Below are positions 1-11,495 of a stretch of DNA of 64,000 nt, piece after piece. Location: the NCBI RefSeq assembly GCF_006345805.1, contig NC_043020.1, positions 17,298,001-17,362,000 on the forward strand, written 5' to 3'. The DNA is from Octopus sinensis (taxonomy: Eukaryota). How positions within the stretch are numbered: the stretch's first letter is position 1; each line of letters opens with the position of its first letter. Both the position numbers and the translations under genes were made by a program. The notes beneath the pieces were generated by a model that did no database searches, had not been told where the DNA came from, and saw only the letters and a list, made by a program, of their open reading frames with translations.

Positions 1-221
1 GTAGAAGTGATTTCAAATTTTGGCCCAAGACCAGTAATTTTCAGGGACAGGTTAAGTTGATTACATTTACCCCAGAGCATAACTGGTACTCATTTTATCA
101 ACTCTGAAAAGATGAAATGCAAAGTCAACCTCAGTAGGATTTGAACTCAGAACATGAAGACGGATGAAGCATTTTCCCCAGTGTGCTAACAATTCTGTCA
201 GCTTGCCATCTTAATAATAAT

Positions 222-780
222 AGCCCTGATGCAATACCAGACAGTGGCTCTCGTGGCTTCTGATCTTAACTGATTGGAAGTGTTATCATGTACATTGTTT
301 TGTCTTGGTATAAAAAATGAGCCACAGCAAATATTCTGCTCAATACCACAGATCTGCTTGTCAGTTGTTTGACCATAACAAGTTGAGCATGTCCCTTGGT
401 GGCTGACAATATGTGCATCTCTGATCATGAGCTGAAGTAGTGGGGGAGCATCACAGCCATGTATTGAGAGGAATTCTTTAGAGCTGGAATAATTCACCCC
501 TGGAAACATGGTTGTTTCATTCAACATCCTTAAACAACTCTTATGCAGGGACCTCTTGAGCGGGATGGGCTACTCGAACTGAAGAAAATTGTAAGTGGGC
601 CCCACCTGCAAGGTCATGCACTGCTTATCTTGATATGAAATCACCATGTTGTGCACATATGATTGTGATGCATGTGCCAGGTGTACCCTTATCAGACAGG
701 TAACCATAATGGGTATATTGGGCTTTGTACAATTGCATTCCAGTGACACTTTGATGGCATGCACTGCTCTCTCACTCAGT
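222..780. repeat. Unclassified interspersed repeat
   Basis: About 325-480 recurs in reverse orientation at about 15770-15935. Confidence 0.6.
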
Positions 781-995
781 AATGGTAATAACAAACCTTT
801 CTCCTATAGGCACAACGCTCAAGGAACTGGGGAGCAGTTGATTACATCAACTCAGCTGGTATTTATTTTATCGACCCCGAAAGGATGAAACGCAAAGTCG
901 ACCTAGGCAGAATTTGAACTCAGAACATAAAGACAGACGAAATGCTGCTAAGCATTTTGCCCAGTGTGCTAACGATTTTGTCAGGTTGCTGCCTC

Positions 996-1030
<35 letters not shown>

Positions 1031-1507
1031 TAATCCTTTCTGCCATAGGTCCAAGACCTGAAATTTGTAGGGAGGGGACTAGTTAATTACATCAAGTCCA
1101 GTGTTTCACTGGTACTTAAATTATCAACCCCAAAAGGATGAAAGGCAAGTCGACCTTAGCAGAATTTGAACTCAAAACGGAGCAACAGGTGAAATACTGC
1201 TAAACATTTCATCCAGCGTGCTGATTCTGCCAGCTCACCACCTTAATTATAATGATGATGATGATGATTTCAAATGTTGCCACAAGGCCAGCAATTTCAG
1301 GAAAGCAGGTAAGTTGATTACATTGACCTCAGTGCTCAACTAGTACTTATTTTATTGATCCTGAAAAGATGAAAAGCAAAGCTGACCTCCATCTTCAGAA
1401 CATAAAGATGGATAAAACGCCACTAAGCAATTTGCCTGGTCAGCTAATAATTCAGCCAGCTCACCATAATAGTAATAATTACAGTAGCAATAATGCTAAT
1501 TAAATTT

Positions 1508-1662
1508 TGGCGTTAGGAAGGGCATCCAGCTGTAGAAACATTGCCAGATAAGACCGGAGCCTGGTGCAGCCTTCTGGCTTCCCAGATCCCCGGTCGAACC
1601 GTCCAACCCATGCTAGCATGGAGAACGGACGTTAAACAATGATGATGATGATGATGATGATG
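1508..1662 (+). mobile_element. Retroposon family D (3' end GGCGTTAGGAAGGGCATCCAGC...GTTAAAC-(GAT)n)
   Basis: Further copies near 5790-5940, 9640-9795, 11570-11700, 18420-19330, 20600-20950, 27210-27630, 33280-33405 and 41930-42235; (GAT)n tail. Confidence 0.75.
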
Positions 1663-1838
1663 AAATTGGTGGGTGGTGGAATGTAATTAACTTTGGTTCA
1701 CAATTGAAATATTATTTTGTCAAACCCAATGAGAAGAAAAGAGAAGATGATATTGGTAAAGTTTGAACTCTGGAATGAAAATAATTTTTGTTAAAGAACA
1801 GAAACAAGAGAAGATGATAAAGATTCTTTAGCACCAAC

Positions 1839-1985
1839 CTGAGCTCCTTGTACAGAAGAAGATGGAATGTTGGGTGGTCGAATTTTAGGCGGTTCATTCT
1901 TAGGTGAAAGTAGATCGATATCTTTGTAGTATTCCACCAGTTTTCTCTTTCTTTCTATTAGGTAATTGCCAAATGATGGTAATTC
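1839..1985 (-). CDS. DPYD: DPYD exon 20 (ELPSFGNYLIERK...SSVQGAQ)
   Basis: 147 nt; LPSFGxY motif; donor CAG/GTTGGT is the least certain boundary. Confidence 0.82.
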
Positions 1986-2043
1986 CTTTTGCAAAAAAGA
2001 GAAATGGGAAATGGTAAAAAGTGTTTAAGAATTTAAGAAATGC

Positions 2044-2081
<38 letters not shown>

Positions 2082-2099
2082 TAATAATAATAATAATGA

Positions 2100-2410
2100 A
2101 ATTATTGTATACAGTGCTCAGGTGCACCACAACTTGTCAGAAAGTGCATATAAAGTATATGCAGTAATGTACAAATGTCTGGAAAGTGAACAATGTATGC
2201 TTGCGTGTGTATGGAGGAGGGAAAATCAGGTGCAGTGTTGGCGAATCTCAGAAAGCATGGAAGTTTTGAAGGATGCAGTGCTCCGACAACTAACAACTGA
2301 TGCTGGCAGTTTGTTCCATGCTTCAGCAACTCTCAGCGTGAAAAAATGTTTCCCTATAGTCATGGGAGCTGTGCTGTTTTCTGACTTTGTAAATATGTCC
2401 ACGGGTGTTA
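2100..2410 (-). mobile_element. CR1-type LINE 3' fragment
   Basis: KHFFTLRVAEAWNKLPASVVSCRSTASFK resembles the CR1 ORF2 C-terminus; microsatellite tail. Confidence 0.7.
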
Positions 2411-2575
2411 GACAGATGGAGTTTGAAATGTATGTATGAATGTATTTCTTGCATATATGTATGTATATGAGTGCGTGGGGGTGGTGACTGCTATCATTGT
2501 GGTGAAGTGTAACGAGAGTGATGGTGATGTCATTGCTGAAGAATGAAGAAGCAAAAATACACAAGATCTACAAAC

Positions 2576-2749
2576 CTTTCCTTGAAGAACTTCTGGCACA
2601 GGTTTTCCCTTCTGCTGGATGGCCGTCGGTGGACTCTGTCCATCCCAGTCATTCAGTTCATTGATTGCACGAAGATATAAAATTGCTTTCAATCCTGTCA
2701 CATAATCGTCAATTAGAGTGAAATCCTGGTTTTGAATGGCACTGCACAC
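2576..2749 (-). CDS. DPYD: DPYD exon 19 ([10 protein letters not shown]...[12 protein letters not shown])
   Basis: 174 nt; AG/GT boundaries. Confidence 0.94.
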
Positions 2750-2879
2750 CTAAGAATAATGAGACAGAATATATACACATACTTTTAGTGCAGTTATAAT
2801 ACACACTCACACACACACACATAATGTAATTGCCAGTTAAAACAAAACACACACACACACACACACACACATACAGGTA

Positions 2880-3252
2880 TGGAAGCACTCCGTCGGTTAC
2901 AACGATGAGGGTTCCGGTTGATTCAAATCAACAGAACAGCCTGCTTGTGAAATTAACATGTAAGTGGCTGAGCACTCCACAGACACGTGTACCCTTAACG
3001 TAGTTCTCGGGGATATTCAGCGTGACACAGAGAGTGACAAGGCCGGCCCTTTGAAATACAGGTACAACAGAAACAGGAAGATAGAGTGAGAGAAAGTTGT
3101 GGTGAAAGAGTACAGCAGGGATCACCACCATCCCCTGCCGGAGCCTCGTTGAACTTTAGGTGTTTTCGCTCAATAAACACTCACAATACCCGGTCTGGGA
3201 ATCGAAACCGCGAGTCCACTGCCCTAACCACTGGGCCATTGCGCCTCCACAC
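2880..3252 (-). mobile_element. tRNA-derived SINE family C
   Basis: Head GGAGGCGCAATGGCCCAGTGGTTAGGG with B-box GGTTTCGATTCC; relatives near 5405-5710, 9890-10142, 25770-26148, 45441-45692 and 59330-59515. Confidence 0.8.
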
Positions 3253-3487
3253 ATACAGGTATATATGAGGAGGGAAGGTGTTTGAAAAGTTCCTGGCTTT
3301 GGGTAAAAGAAAATGCAGGAGGATCAGTTGATTAGGATCTTATCCAACATATTCCCCTCTCAGATTCACACACTTATTTCAGCAGTCCTTCAGTTTTTCT
3401 CAGCCCTGTACAAGAACTTGGAAGGTTGAGCCTCCAGTCAGGCCTTTCATGACACCCTTAAAGCAAGGAACTTTTCAGCACTCTCTC

Positions 3488-3521
<34 letters not shown>

Positions 3522-3899
3522 GCATGGCTGTTTTGTAGTCAAGAAATCTGCTTCAGATTTGGCTGTATTATGTGGCCCTTTGAGCAAGTGTCAGAAGTTA
3601 ATCGATGCTTTCTGAATGAAATTTACTGGATGGAAACTGTATGGAAGCCCTTCATATGTATGTGCATGTGTGTCAATATGTTTCTAATATTGACACTGAC
3701 TGGTGTGGGAAATGAGTCCACAAATTATGATGAGTCTAATGCCCAAAATATTATGTCACACACAATCATACACACAACACACAACACACATACAAGCAGA
3801 CAGGTAGGTGCGTACAGACAAACAGACATATACACACACACATGGTAGGCACATTCAAACAGAAATGTATGTAGCTAGGTAAAAATATAATTTATGCAC

Positions 3900-4162
3900 C
3901 TGTAGAACAGAAGCACCAGCCATCAGATACTGGAGACCAACTTCAGCACTATCAATGCCACCAGTGGCCATTACAGGAAACTTTGGAAGCCTTTTACTAA
4001 TGGAACTAACAGCTCTCAGCGCAATTGGTCTGATGGCATTACCAGACACACCACCATATGTTGTGGCTCTCTTCTTACCAACAGCTGCCCATGGAGTACC
4101 ATCTGGTTTGATGCCCATTAATCCAGAAACTGTGTTGGTTGCAGTGACACCATCAGCCTCTC
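3900..4162 (-). CDS. DPYD: DPYD exon 18 (equivalent to human exons 18+19; [13 protein letters not shown]...GASVLQ)
   Basis: 263 nt; ATNT, YGGVSG and ATGGI motifs. Confidence 0.96.
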
Positions 4163-4337
4163 CTGCAACAGAGATATCGCAAAAGGTGAAGGAAAATGTT
4201 CAGATGATGAGGAAAATATAAGTTAATAATGTATTTAGTCAACAAATGAGATCCAGAGATTCTCAGTATAGAAAACACTTAGTAGTGCTCAAATGATTCG
4301 AACTTAGACTCTGATGTCTTTACGAAGGACCAATTCT

Positions 4338-4572
4338 TATTTCTTTACTATCCACAAGGGGCTACACACAGAGGGGACAAACAAGGACAGACAAACGGAG
4401 TAAGTCGATTACATCACTCCCAGTGTGTAACTGGTACTTATTATTTAATTGACCCCGAAAGGATGAAAGGCAAAGTCGACCTCGGCAGAATTTGAACTCA
4501 GAACGTAATGGCAGACGCAATACTGCAAAGCATTTCGCCCAGCGTGCCAACGTTTCTGCCAGCTTGCCGCCT
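4338..4572 (-). mobile_element. tRNA-derived SINE family A (central GCCTTTCATCCTTTCGGGGTCGATAAA..AGTACC, Nin/Deu-domain-like)
   Basis: TSD ggaccaattct; many copies, e.g. 10-212, 830-1465, 5950-6290, 14168-14398, 29846-30076, 34370-35232, 41511-41710, 54345-54505, 57158-57520. Confidence 0.85.
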
Positions 4573-6444
4573 TAAATGAGGGACCAATTCTATGGAGTAA
4601 AGAGTGGCTGTAAGAGAAATCAAGGTGAGCAGATATGGTGGCAATTATGTGGATAAAGAAATTAGATATAACAGCTTGGGTTTGATATACAAAATATATA
4701 TAAGCAAAAATGCTAGTTCTAAAATCTCTCTAAGGAATCAATGCAGTAGTTGTACTAACGAGTAATGTTTGTAGCCACTTCAATATCTAGTGATTGAACC
4801 CAAAATGTGTCAGATCTGATTCAATGAGCTCAAAGACTTCCTAACTGTGGCCATGCTGGAGCACCGCCTTTATCGAGCAAATCGACCCCAGGACTTATTC
4901 TTTGTAAGCCTAGTACTTATTCTATCGGTCTCTTTTGCCGAACTGCTAAGTGACGGGGACGTAAACACACCAGCATCGGTTGTCAAGCAATGTCGGGGGG
5001 ACAAACACAGACACACTAACATACACACATATATACATATACATATATATGATGGGCTTTTTTCAGTTTCCATCTACCAAATCCACTCACAAGGCTTTGG
5101 TAGGCCCGAGGCTATAGTAGAATACACTTGCCCATGGTGCCACGCAGTGGGACTGAACCCGGAACTATGTGGTTGGTAAGCAAGCTACTTACCACAAAGC
5201 CACTCCAACACCTAAATTTATTTTATAAACTTTTGTGAAATAATTCTCTTTTTCTGCTTATTCCGTTTTGTCCTTCTGTGGTATACAGTCACTGAAGAGC
5301 TCCACAGTATGTGTGACATAATTCTATAAATACCATGTAAATATTGAATTGAAAAACCCTTTTAAATATAAAAATGTTGAAGGCTGCCCACCAGACTTGA
5401 ATAACAAGGTGCGTGGCTTAGTGGTTAGGGCATTCGGCTCACGACTGTAGGGTCGTGAGTTCCATTCCCGGCGAGGAAGACACTTTATTTCATGTTGTTC
5501 CAGTCCACTCAGCTGGCAAAAATGAGCTGTGCCTGTATTTCAAGGGGCCAGCCTTGTCACACTCTGTGTTACGCTGAATCTCCCTGAGAACTACGTTAGG
5601 GGTGCACGTGTCTGTGGATTGCTCAGTCACTTGTATGTTAATTTCACGAGGAAGCTGTTTCATTGATCGGATCAGCTGGGACCCTTGTCGTCATGACCGA
5701 TGGAGTGTTCCTTTTTGTTTTTGAACAACAATGAAGATAATGACGAAGATGAAGATAATGAAGACATTGAAGGTCTGCAAAAAAAGCAGCCAGTACACTC
5801 CCTAAAATGGTTGGCATTAGGAAGGGCATTCAGCCATAGAAGCTATGCTAAAACAGACATGGAGCTTGGGCAGCTCTTCAGGTGGCCATCACCAATGAAA
5901 CCATCCAATCCATGGAAAACAGACGTTAAATAATGATGAGGAGGAGGCGGTATTCTGCGGCAAGCTGGCAGAATCATTAGCACACCAGGAGAAATGCTTA
6001 GCAGTATTTTGTCTGTCGCTACATTCTGAGTTCAAATTCCGCCGAGGTCGACTTTGCCTTTCATCCTTTCGGGGTCGATAAATCAAGTACCAGATATGCA
6101 CTGGGGTCTATATAATCAGCTTAATCTGTTTGTTTGTCCTTGTTTGTCCTCTCTGTGTTTAGCCCCTTGTGGGTAGTAAAGAAATAGGTATTTCGTCTGT
6201 CGTTACGTTCTGAGTTCAAATTCTGCCGAGGTCGACTTCGCCTTTCATCCTTTCGGGGTCGATTAAATAAGTACCAGTTTCGCACTGGGGTATTTTGATG
6301 ATGATGAAGTGATATTCTGGAGTTGTGAAGATGACAATGATGAAGATGATATAGACAATAATGATGGTGATGACAATGACAGTAATAAATGACGATGCTG
6401 ATGATGATGATGATGATGAGGAGGAGGAGGTGGTATTATGTTAC

Positions 6445-6565
6445 CTTCTCTAGCTGCTTCTGCAATCAAAGCTATGTCAGTGACATTTGGTGTCAGTTTA
6501 GGAAAGAATGGGATTGAAACCGCTTCTCTCAACCATTTGCTGATTTGTTTTACTGTTTCTGGAAC
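6445..6565 (-). CDS. DPYD: DPYD exon 17 ([31 protein letters not shown]...)
   Basis: 121 nt; KLTPN motif. Confidence 0.95.
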
Positions 6566-6637
6566 CTAGCATGGATTAAAGAAGGTAAAGTTAAGACAAG
6601 TCTCATTTCGATAAATATATCAAGTTTTATTAGTATT

Positions 6638-6995
6638 CTGTTGTGTCTGGGGAGAGTCATTCTCTTTTAGTACCTTATTATTTAACACACACACCGGTAA
6701 AATTTCCACTTATTTCGTCTTTTTATTTTCCTAAAATTTTCGTTGCGTCTTGCAACCTTTTCAATAGTCTTGACTCTTAGTCTTCAATAGTCTTGAGTCA
6801 AGACTATTGAAAAGGTTGCAAGACGCAACGAAAATTTTAGGAAAATAAAAAGACGAAATAAGTGGAAATTTTACCGGTGAGTGTGTTAAATAATAAGGTA
6901 CTAAAAGAGAATGACTCTCCCCAGACACAACAGAATATGCTTCAACACACAAACTCATATACAGAATCTTGCAAACCAAATCCAAAAACAAAATA
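6638..6995. mobile_element. Asymmetric palindromic retroelement with variant HHR motif (family P1)
   Basis: About 140-bp near-perfect arms (6634-6776 / 6795-6937) plus about 60-bp tail; 12-bp TSD tttattagtatt (6626-6637 / 6996-7007); second copy at 33432-33762. Confidence 0.8.
6804..6840 (+). ncRNA. Candidate minimal type I hammerhead ribozyme, U3-A8 variant (mirror copy on - at 6731-6767)
   Basis: CTA-TTGAAAA-G-GTTGC(aagac)GCAAC-GAAA-A-TTT-TAG. Confidence 0.5.
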
Positions 6996-7116
6996 TTTAT
7001 TAGTATTATTAGTATAATTAGTTAAAAAGACAAATGGCGGTGCCCCTGCATGGCCACAGCTCATTAGCTGAAACTGGAAAAATCAAAAAAAAAATCAAAA
7101 ATAATTAATTGATTTG

Positions 7117-7268
7117 TCCATCAAAGTTCTTTCAATACATTCTGTGACCTCTTCAGCAACTCTCCTGCCCATGTGTCTCCTCTTGTTCTGCTTATTCCAT
7201 TTTGTCCTTCTGTGGTATACAGATACTGAAGAGCCTCACAGTATGTGTGGCAAAAGAACTTTGATGGA
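7117..7268. mobile_element. Degenerate palindromic HHR-motif repeat (family P2)
   Basis: 16-bp inverted termini tccatcaaagttcttt; CTGAAGA core on both strands; related copy at about 5250-5325. Confidence 0.5.
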
Positions 7269-7809
7269 TAAATAAACTAAAAAAAAAAACAATAATAAAA
7301 CTAAAATAAAGATCAAACAATGCATGCGTTTGTTTGGCAGAAGATGACCATCCCCAAGTATCTTTATCTTCTACTGGTTTCACCCAAAAGCCAGGGCTAT
7401 GCTGGAGCACTGCCTTTCAAAACAGTATTAATGCCTCTCCAGCAGGGAACCAAACCCTGGTCTCCCACATAACAGATAGGGATACTTACCACTATATTAC
7501 CAAGAAAAAAAGACTGGTACCTAAAACCACCGCCTTAGACCACTTGGTCACACTATGTTTTTAGATTGAGAATCTTACAAAACAAATACATAAACATATA
7601 AATAAAGAATTTCTTATGATTTTGTTAACAGGAGTGGCTGTGTGGTAAGTAGCTTGCTTACCAACCACATAGTTCCGGGTTCAGTCCCACTGCATGGCAC
7701 CTTGGGCAAGTGTCTTCTACTATAGCCTTGGCCCAACCAAAGCCTTGTGAGTGGATTTGGTAGACAGAAACTGAAAGAAGCCCATCATATATATGTATAA
7801 ATATATATA

Positions 7810-7840
<31 letters not shown>

Positions 7841-7990
7841 ACTAATGTAGGATAAATTTTTTTTGGGGGGGGAAAAAAATTTTATCAATGGCCAGCATAT
7901 CAAAAAATACCTTTAAAGGTTAAATTCATAAGTAATTTTCGGCATATTTGGCATTAAAATTTTTCTTTAGCCCTTATTTTGTAAATTATG

Positions 7991-8023
<33 letters not shown>

Positions 8024-8504
8024 GTGTGTTTGTCCCCCCAACAGAGGAGAGGGATAAAATAAGATTTTATAGTAATATTATCACAATATCAACCAGACTA
8101 TCAAATGCTGTTATACACTGCTGGTCACAATGCACTTCCAATCCTGTCTTGATTACACCATCTTTTCCATCTTCACCAAAATTGCCTAACTAAATCATGG
8201 AGGCTACCAAGTGGCCTTTTTCAGTCTTTTGGACACCCCTCAGCATGGGCCCACCTGTTGTCTGTGAACCTTGTGACATGTCCAACCCAGTGGAAGTTGT
8301 GTTTTTGGTACTCAGCAATGACATCATTCACTCTGTTCTGTTCTCAACTTATCTCATTTCAAATATGCTCTCATAATGGTATTCCTAGCATGGATATTTC
8401 TGTGGCCCTTTGCATGAAGGTGGTGCCCCAGCATGGCCACAGTCTAATGACTGAAATAAGTAAAAGATAAAGATGAAATTACAGAAATATAATCACAGAC
8501 TTAC

Positions 8505-8588
8505 TGTTCCACATGCAAGTCCCATATTGACTTCTCCCATTCCATGGGGACAGGACAGATTCAATTCTATTGCATCAGCTCCAGCTTC
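8505..8588 (-). CDS. DPYD: DPYD exon 16 ([28 protein letters not shown])
   Basis: 84 nt; catalytic NLSCPH motif; gtaagt donor. Confidence 0.95.
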
Positions 8589-8819
8589 CTGATAAGGAAA
8601 GGATAAAAACATGTGGTATATATTACATGTGACATGACATGCTACATGTGATATATATTACATATAGCATATTACATGTAGCATGATTTATTGAATTTGG
8701 CATGAGATATTACATGTGATAAAGATCATACATGTGATAAGGATACTACATACGATGTGGTGTATATTGCATGTAGCATGAGATATTACATGCTGTATAA
8801 TATTACTTGTATTACGCAA

Positions 8820-9182
8820 TCTCTATATATATAAACGACAAAATGTCTGTGTGTGTGTCCTTTATACAAATCCACAAATTTTCGGTTAGAGGGCTTGCAC
8901 TTTCTATGGTCATTCAAAACCATCTAAGGGTGGTCGTGCACATCTTTACATTTCCCCAGTCACCCTGCAAAGCCATTAAAAAATCAACAGAAGTGATTTT
9001 TGGAGAATTTTCTATCCAAAACCCAATCAAAATGCCCGAAACTTGATACGCCAATTGAATGCCAGCTAGCTGCATGTGATTGGTCGGAGATTTGGACAGT
9101 ACTCGCGTGTATGTGCGCACGCATGCAGCTATATATGCATGCATTAGTACTATGACCTGGCGTTGCCAGGTCATAGTGCTAG
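8820..9182 (+). mobile_element. Non-autonomous Helitron
   Basis: 5' TC, 3' CTAG, subterminal hairpin actatgacctgg/ccaggtcatagt, A|T target with no TSD; empty site visible in the paralogous segment near 11980; second copy starts at 47718 (-). Confidence 0.85.
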
Positions 9183-10317
9183 TATATATATAGTATTAAG
9201 GTGATGAGCTGACAGAACTGTTAGCATGCCAGGCAAAATGCTTAACAGCATTTCGTATATCTTTACATTCTGAGTTCAAATTCTGCTATGGTCGATTTTG
9301 CTTTTCGTCCCTTTCAGGGTTGACATAAGTACCAGTTGAACACTAGTGTCAATGTAATTGACTTAATCTCTCGCTAAAACTTGCTGATCTTGTGCCAAAA
9401 TTTGAAATCAATAACAGTCATGGCCAATGCTAGTGTCACATAACTGGTACCCATGTCAGTGGCACATAAAAATCATCCTTCGAACATTGGGCCTCACAGA
9501 GGCAATGGTGAGTGTCCGAGACCTTTGGCGATGTGCCATTCTTGAGAAAACTCCTCAAGCCAAGTGAAATTGTAGTTATGGCCAGTTCTGGTGACACATA
9601 ACTTGTACCCATGCTGGTGGTACATAAAAAGTACCCATTACACTCATGGAGTGGTTGGCATCAGGAAGGGCATTCAGCTATAGAAACCCTGCCAAATCAG
9701 ATTGGAACCTGGTGCAGCTCTCCTGCTTACCAGCTTCAGTCAAACTATCTAACCTATGCTAGCATGGAAAGCAGATGCTAAAGGATGATGATGATATATA
9801 ATACATGTAGCATGGAATGCTACATGTAGTATGATGTTAGCACAAAATATTTATAGTAACAACTACTTAACATAATATAAAATAAATAATAAATGCGCCC
9901 TTTTAAAGCCTAGCCAGGCTCATGGGCCCGGTTTCCCAGTTTCTATGGCGTATGTGTTCCCCAGCTGGACGGGACACCAGTCCATTGCAGCGTTACTCAT
10001 TTTTGCCAGCTAAGTGGACTGGAGCAATGTGAAATGAAGTGTTTTGCTCAAGAACACAACGCGTCACCCGGTCCAGGAATCGAAACCACAATCTTAAGAT
10101 CATGATGCTGACACCCTAACCACTAAGCCACGCGCCTCCACATTTAACATAATATAGCACAAGATATTTATAGATATTGCACGATCATAAATATTGGGTT
10201 GGTGTATTATTAACTATTTTCTAATTTAATTTACAACAAAAAAAAAAAAACCGCCTGTTAATTATGCAAGAGCCCAATATATAAATGGTTAAAGATAAAC
10301 AAAACACTATATCTTAC

Positions 10318-10386
10318 TTGTGCCCTTTTTGCTAACTTCTGCCAATCTTCTTTATTGAAGGAACACATGATGCTGGCAATGAGAAC
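10318..10386 (-). CDS. DPYD: DPYD exon 15 (VLIASIMCSFNKEDWQKLAKRAQ)
   Basis: 69 nt; tttcag acceptor, gtaaga donor. Confidence 0.94.
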
Positions 10387-10446
10387 CTGAAATCAAAGAA
10401 ATACATTACGGAATGAAACTCATTTCAAAATTAATACAAAATAGGC

Positions 10447-10850
10447 GTAGGAGTGGCTGTGTGGTAAGTAGCTTGCTTACCAACCACATGGTTCCGGGTT
10501 CAGTCCCACTGCATGGCGCCTTGGGCAAGTGTCTTCTACTACAGCCTCGGGCCGACCAAAGCCTTGTGAGTGGATTTGGTAGACGGAAACTGAAAGAAGC
10601 CCGTCGTATATATGTATATGTATATATATATCTGTGCGTATATGTTTGTGTGTCTGTGTTTGTCCCCCTAGCATTGCTTGAGAGCCGATGCTGGTGTGTT
10701 TATGTCCCCGTCACTTAGTGGTTTGACAAAAGAGACCGATAGAATAAGTACTGGGCTTACAAAGAATAAGTCCCGGGGTCAAGTTGCTCGATTAAAGGTG
10801 GTGCTCCAGCATGGCCGCAGTCAAATGACTGAAACAAGTAAAAGAGTAAA
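10447..10850 (+). mobile_element. tRNA-derived SINE family B (internal TA/TG microsatellite)
   Basis: Head GGAGTGGCTGTGTGGTAAG..GGTTCAGTCCC; copies near 4845-5210(-), 7630-8040, 13300-13790, 14945-15540, 16480-16700, 20190-20590(-), 24415-24820, 44583-44990, 52132-52510, 53310-53495(-) and 60425-60800(-). Confidence 0.85.
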
Positions 10851-11137
10851 GAGAGAAAAGAGTAACAGATGCAAGCTGTGTGGTTAAGAAAGTTACTTTG
10901 TAACTACATGGTTCTGGGTTCAATCCCACTCTGTGGCATCCAAGGCTAGTATATATCACTTTAGCCCTCAGTTGACCAATACTGTGTGAATGGAATTTGG
11001 TAGTCATGAATCATATACTTATGTGTATCCTTTATCTCAGAGGTCCCTAACAACTGGGCTGGATTATTTGGGGCCACACAGAAAATACAAATCTTCAAAA
11101 TGTTATCAACTTTTGCAGTCTGCAAGGTGTTTTAAGC

Positions 11138-11216
<79 letters not shown>

Positions 11217-11330
11217 AGACAACCATACAGCTGTATCAGAAAGTAAATATACTTTGATTGGTCCAACATACAATTACAGATATTTTAACCAATTCAACAA
11301 GAATTATTCAGGTATTCATCATTGACTCAC

Positions 11331-11495
11331 CTTTTCTGGGAAATCTCTCTTCAGTTCTTTGATGCTTTCATACCAATATTTCTCAGTCTTTTCACTGATT
11401 AATTCAATGTTTAAGAATGATCCAAGGCCAGGGCCGTAATTCTGTCCAAATGTGCTTCCTCGTATAATTCTTGGAGACACATTGGTGATGTAATC
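11331..11495 (-). CDS. DPYD: DPYD exon 14 ([11 protein letters not shown]...[11 protein letters not shown]...DFPEK)
   Basis: 165 nt; ttgcag acceptor, gtgagt donor. Confidence 0.96.

Noticed and set aside
1-1838. Last two DPYD exons (C-terminal CxxCxxC ferredoxin motifs)
   Set aside because: Not found; the region is repeat-filled intron, so they are presumed to lie beyond the window rather than lost.
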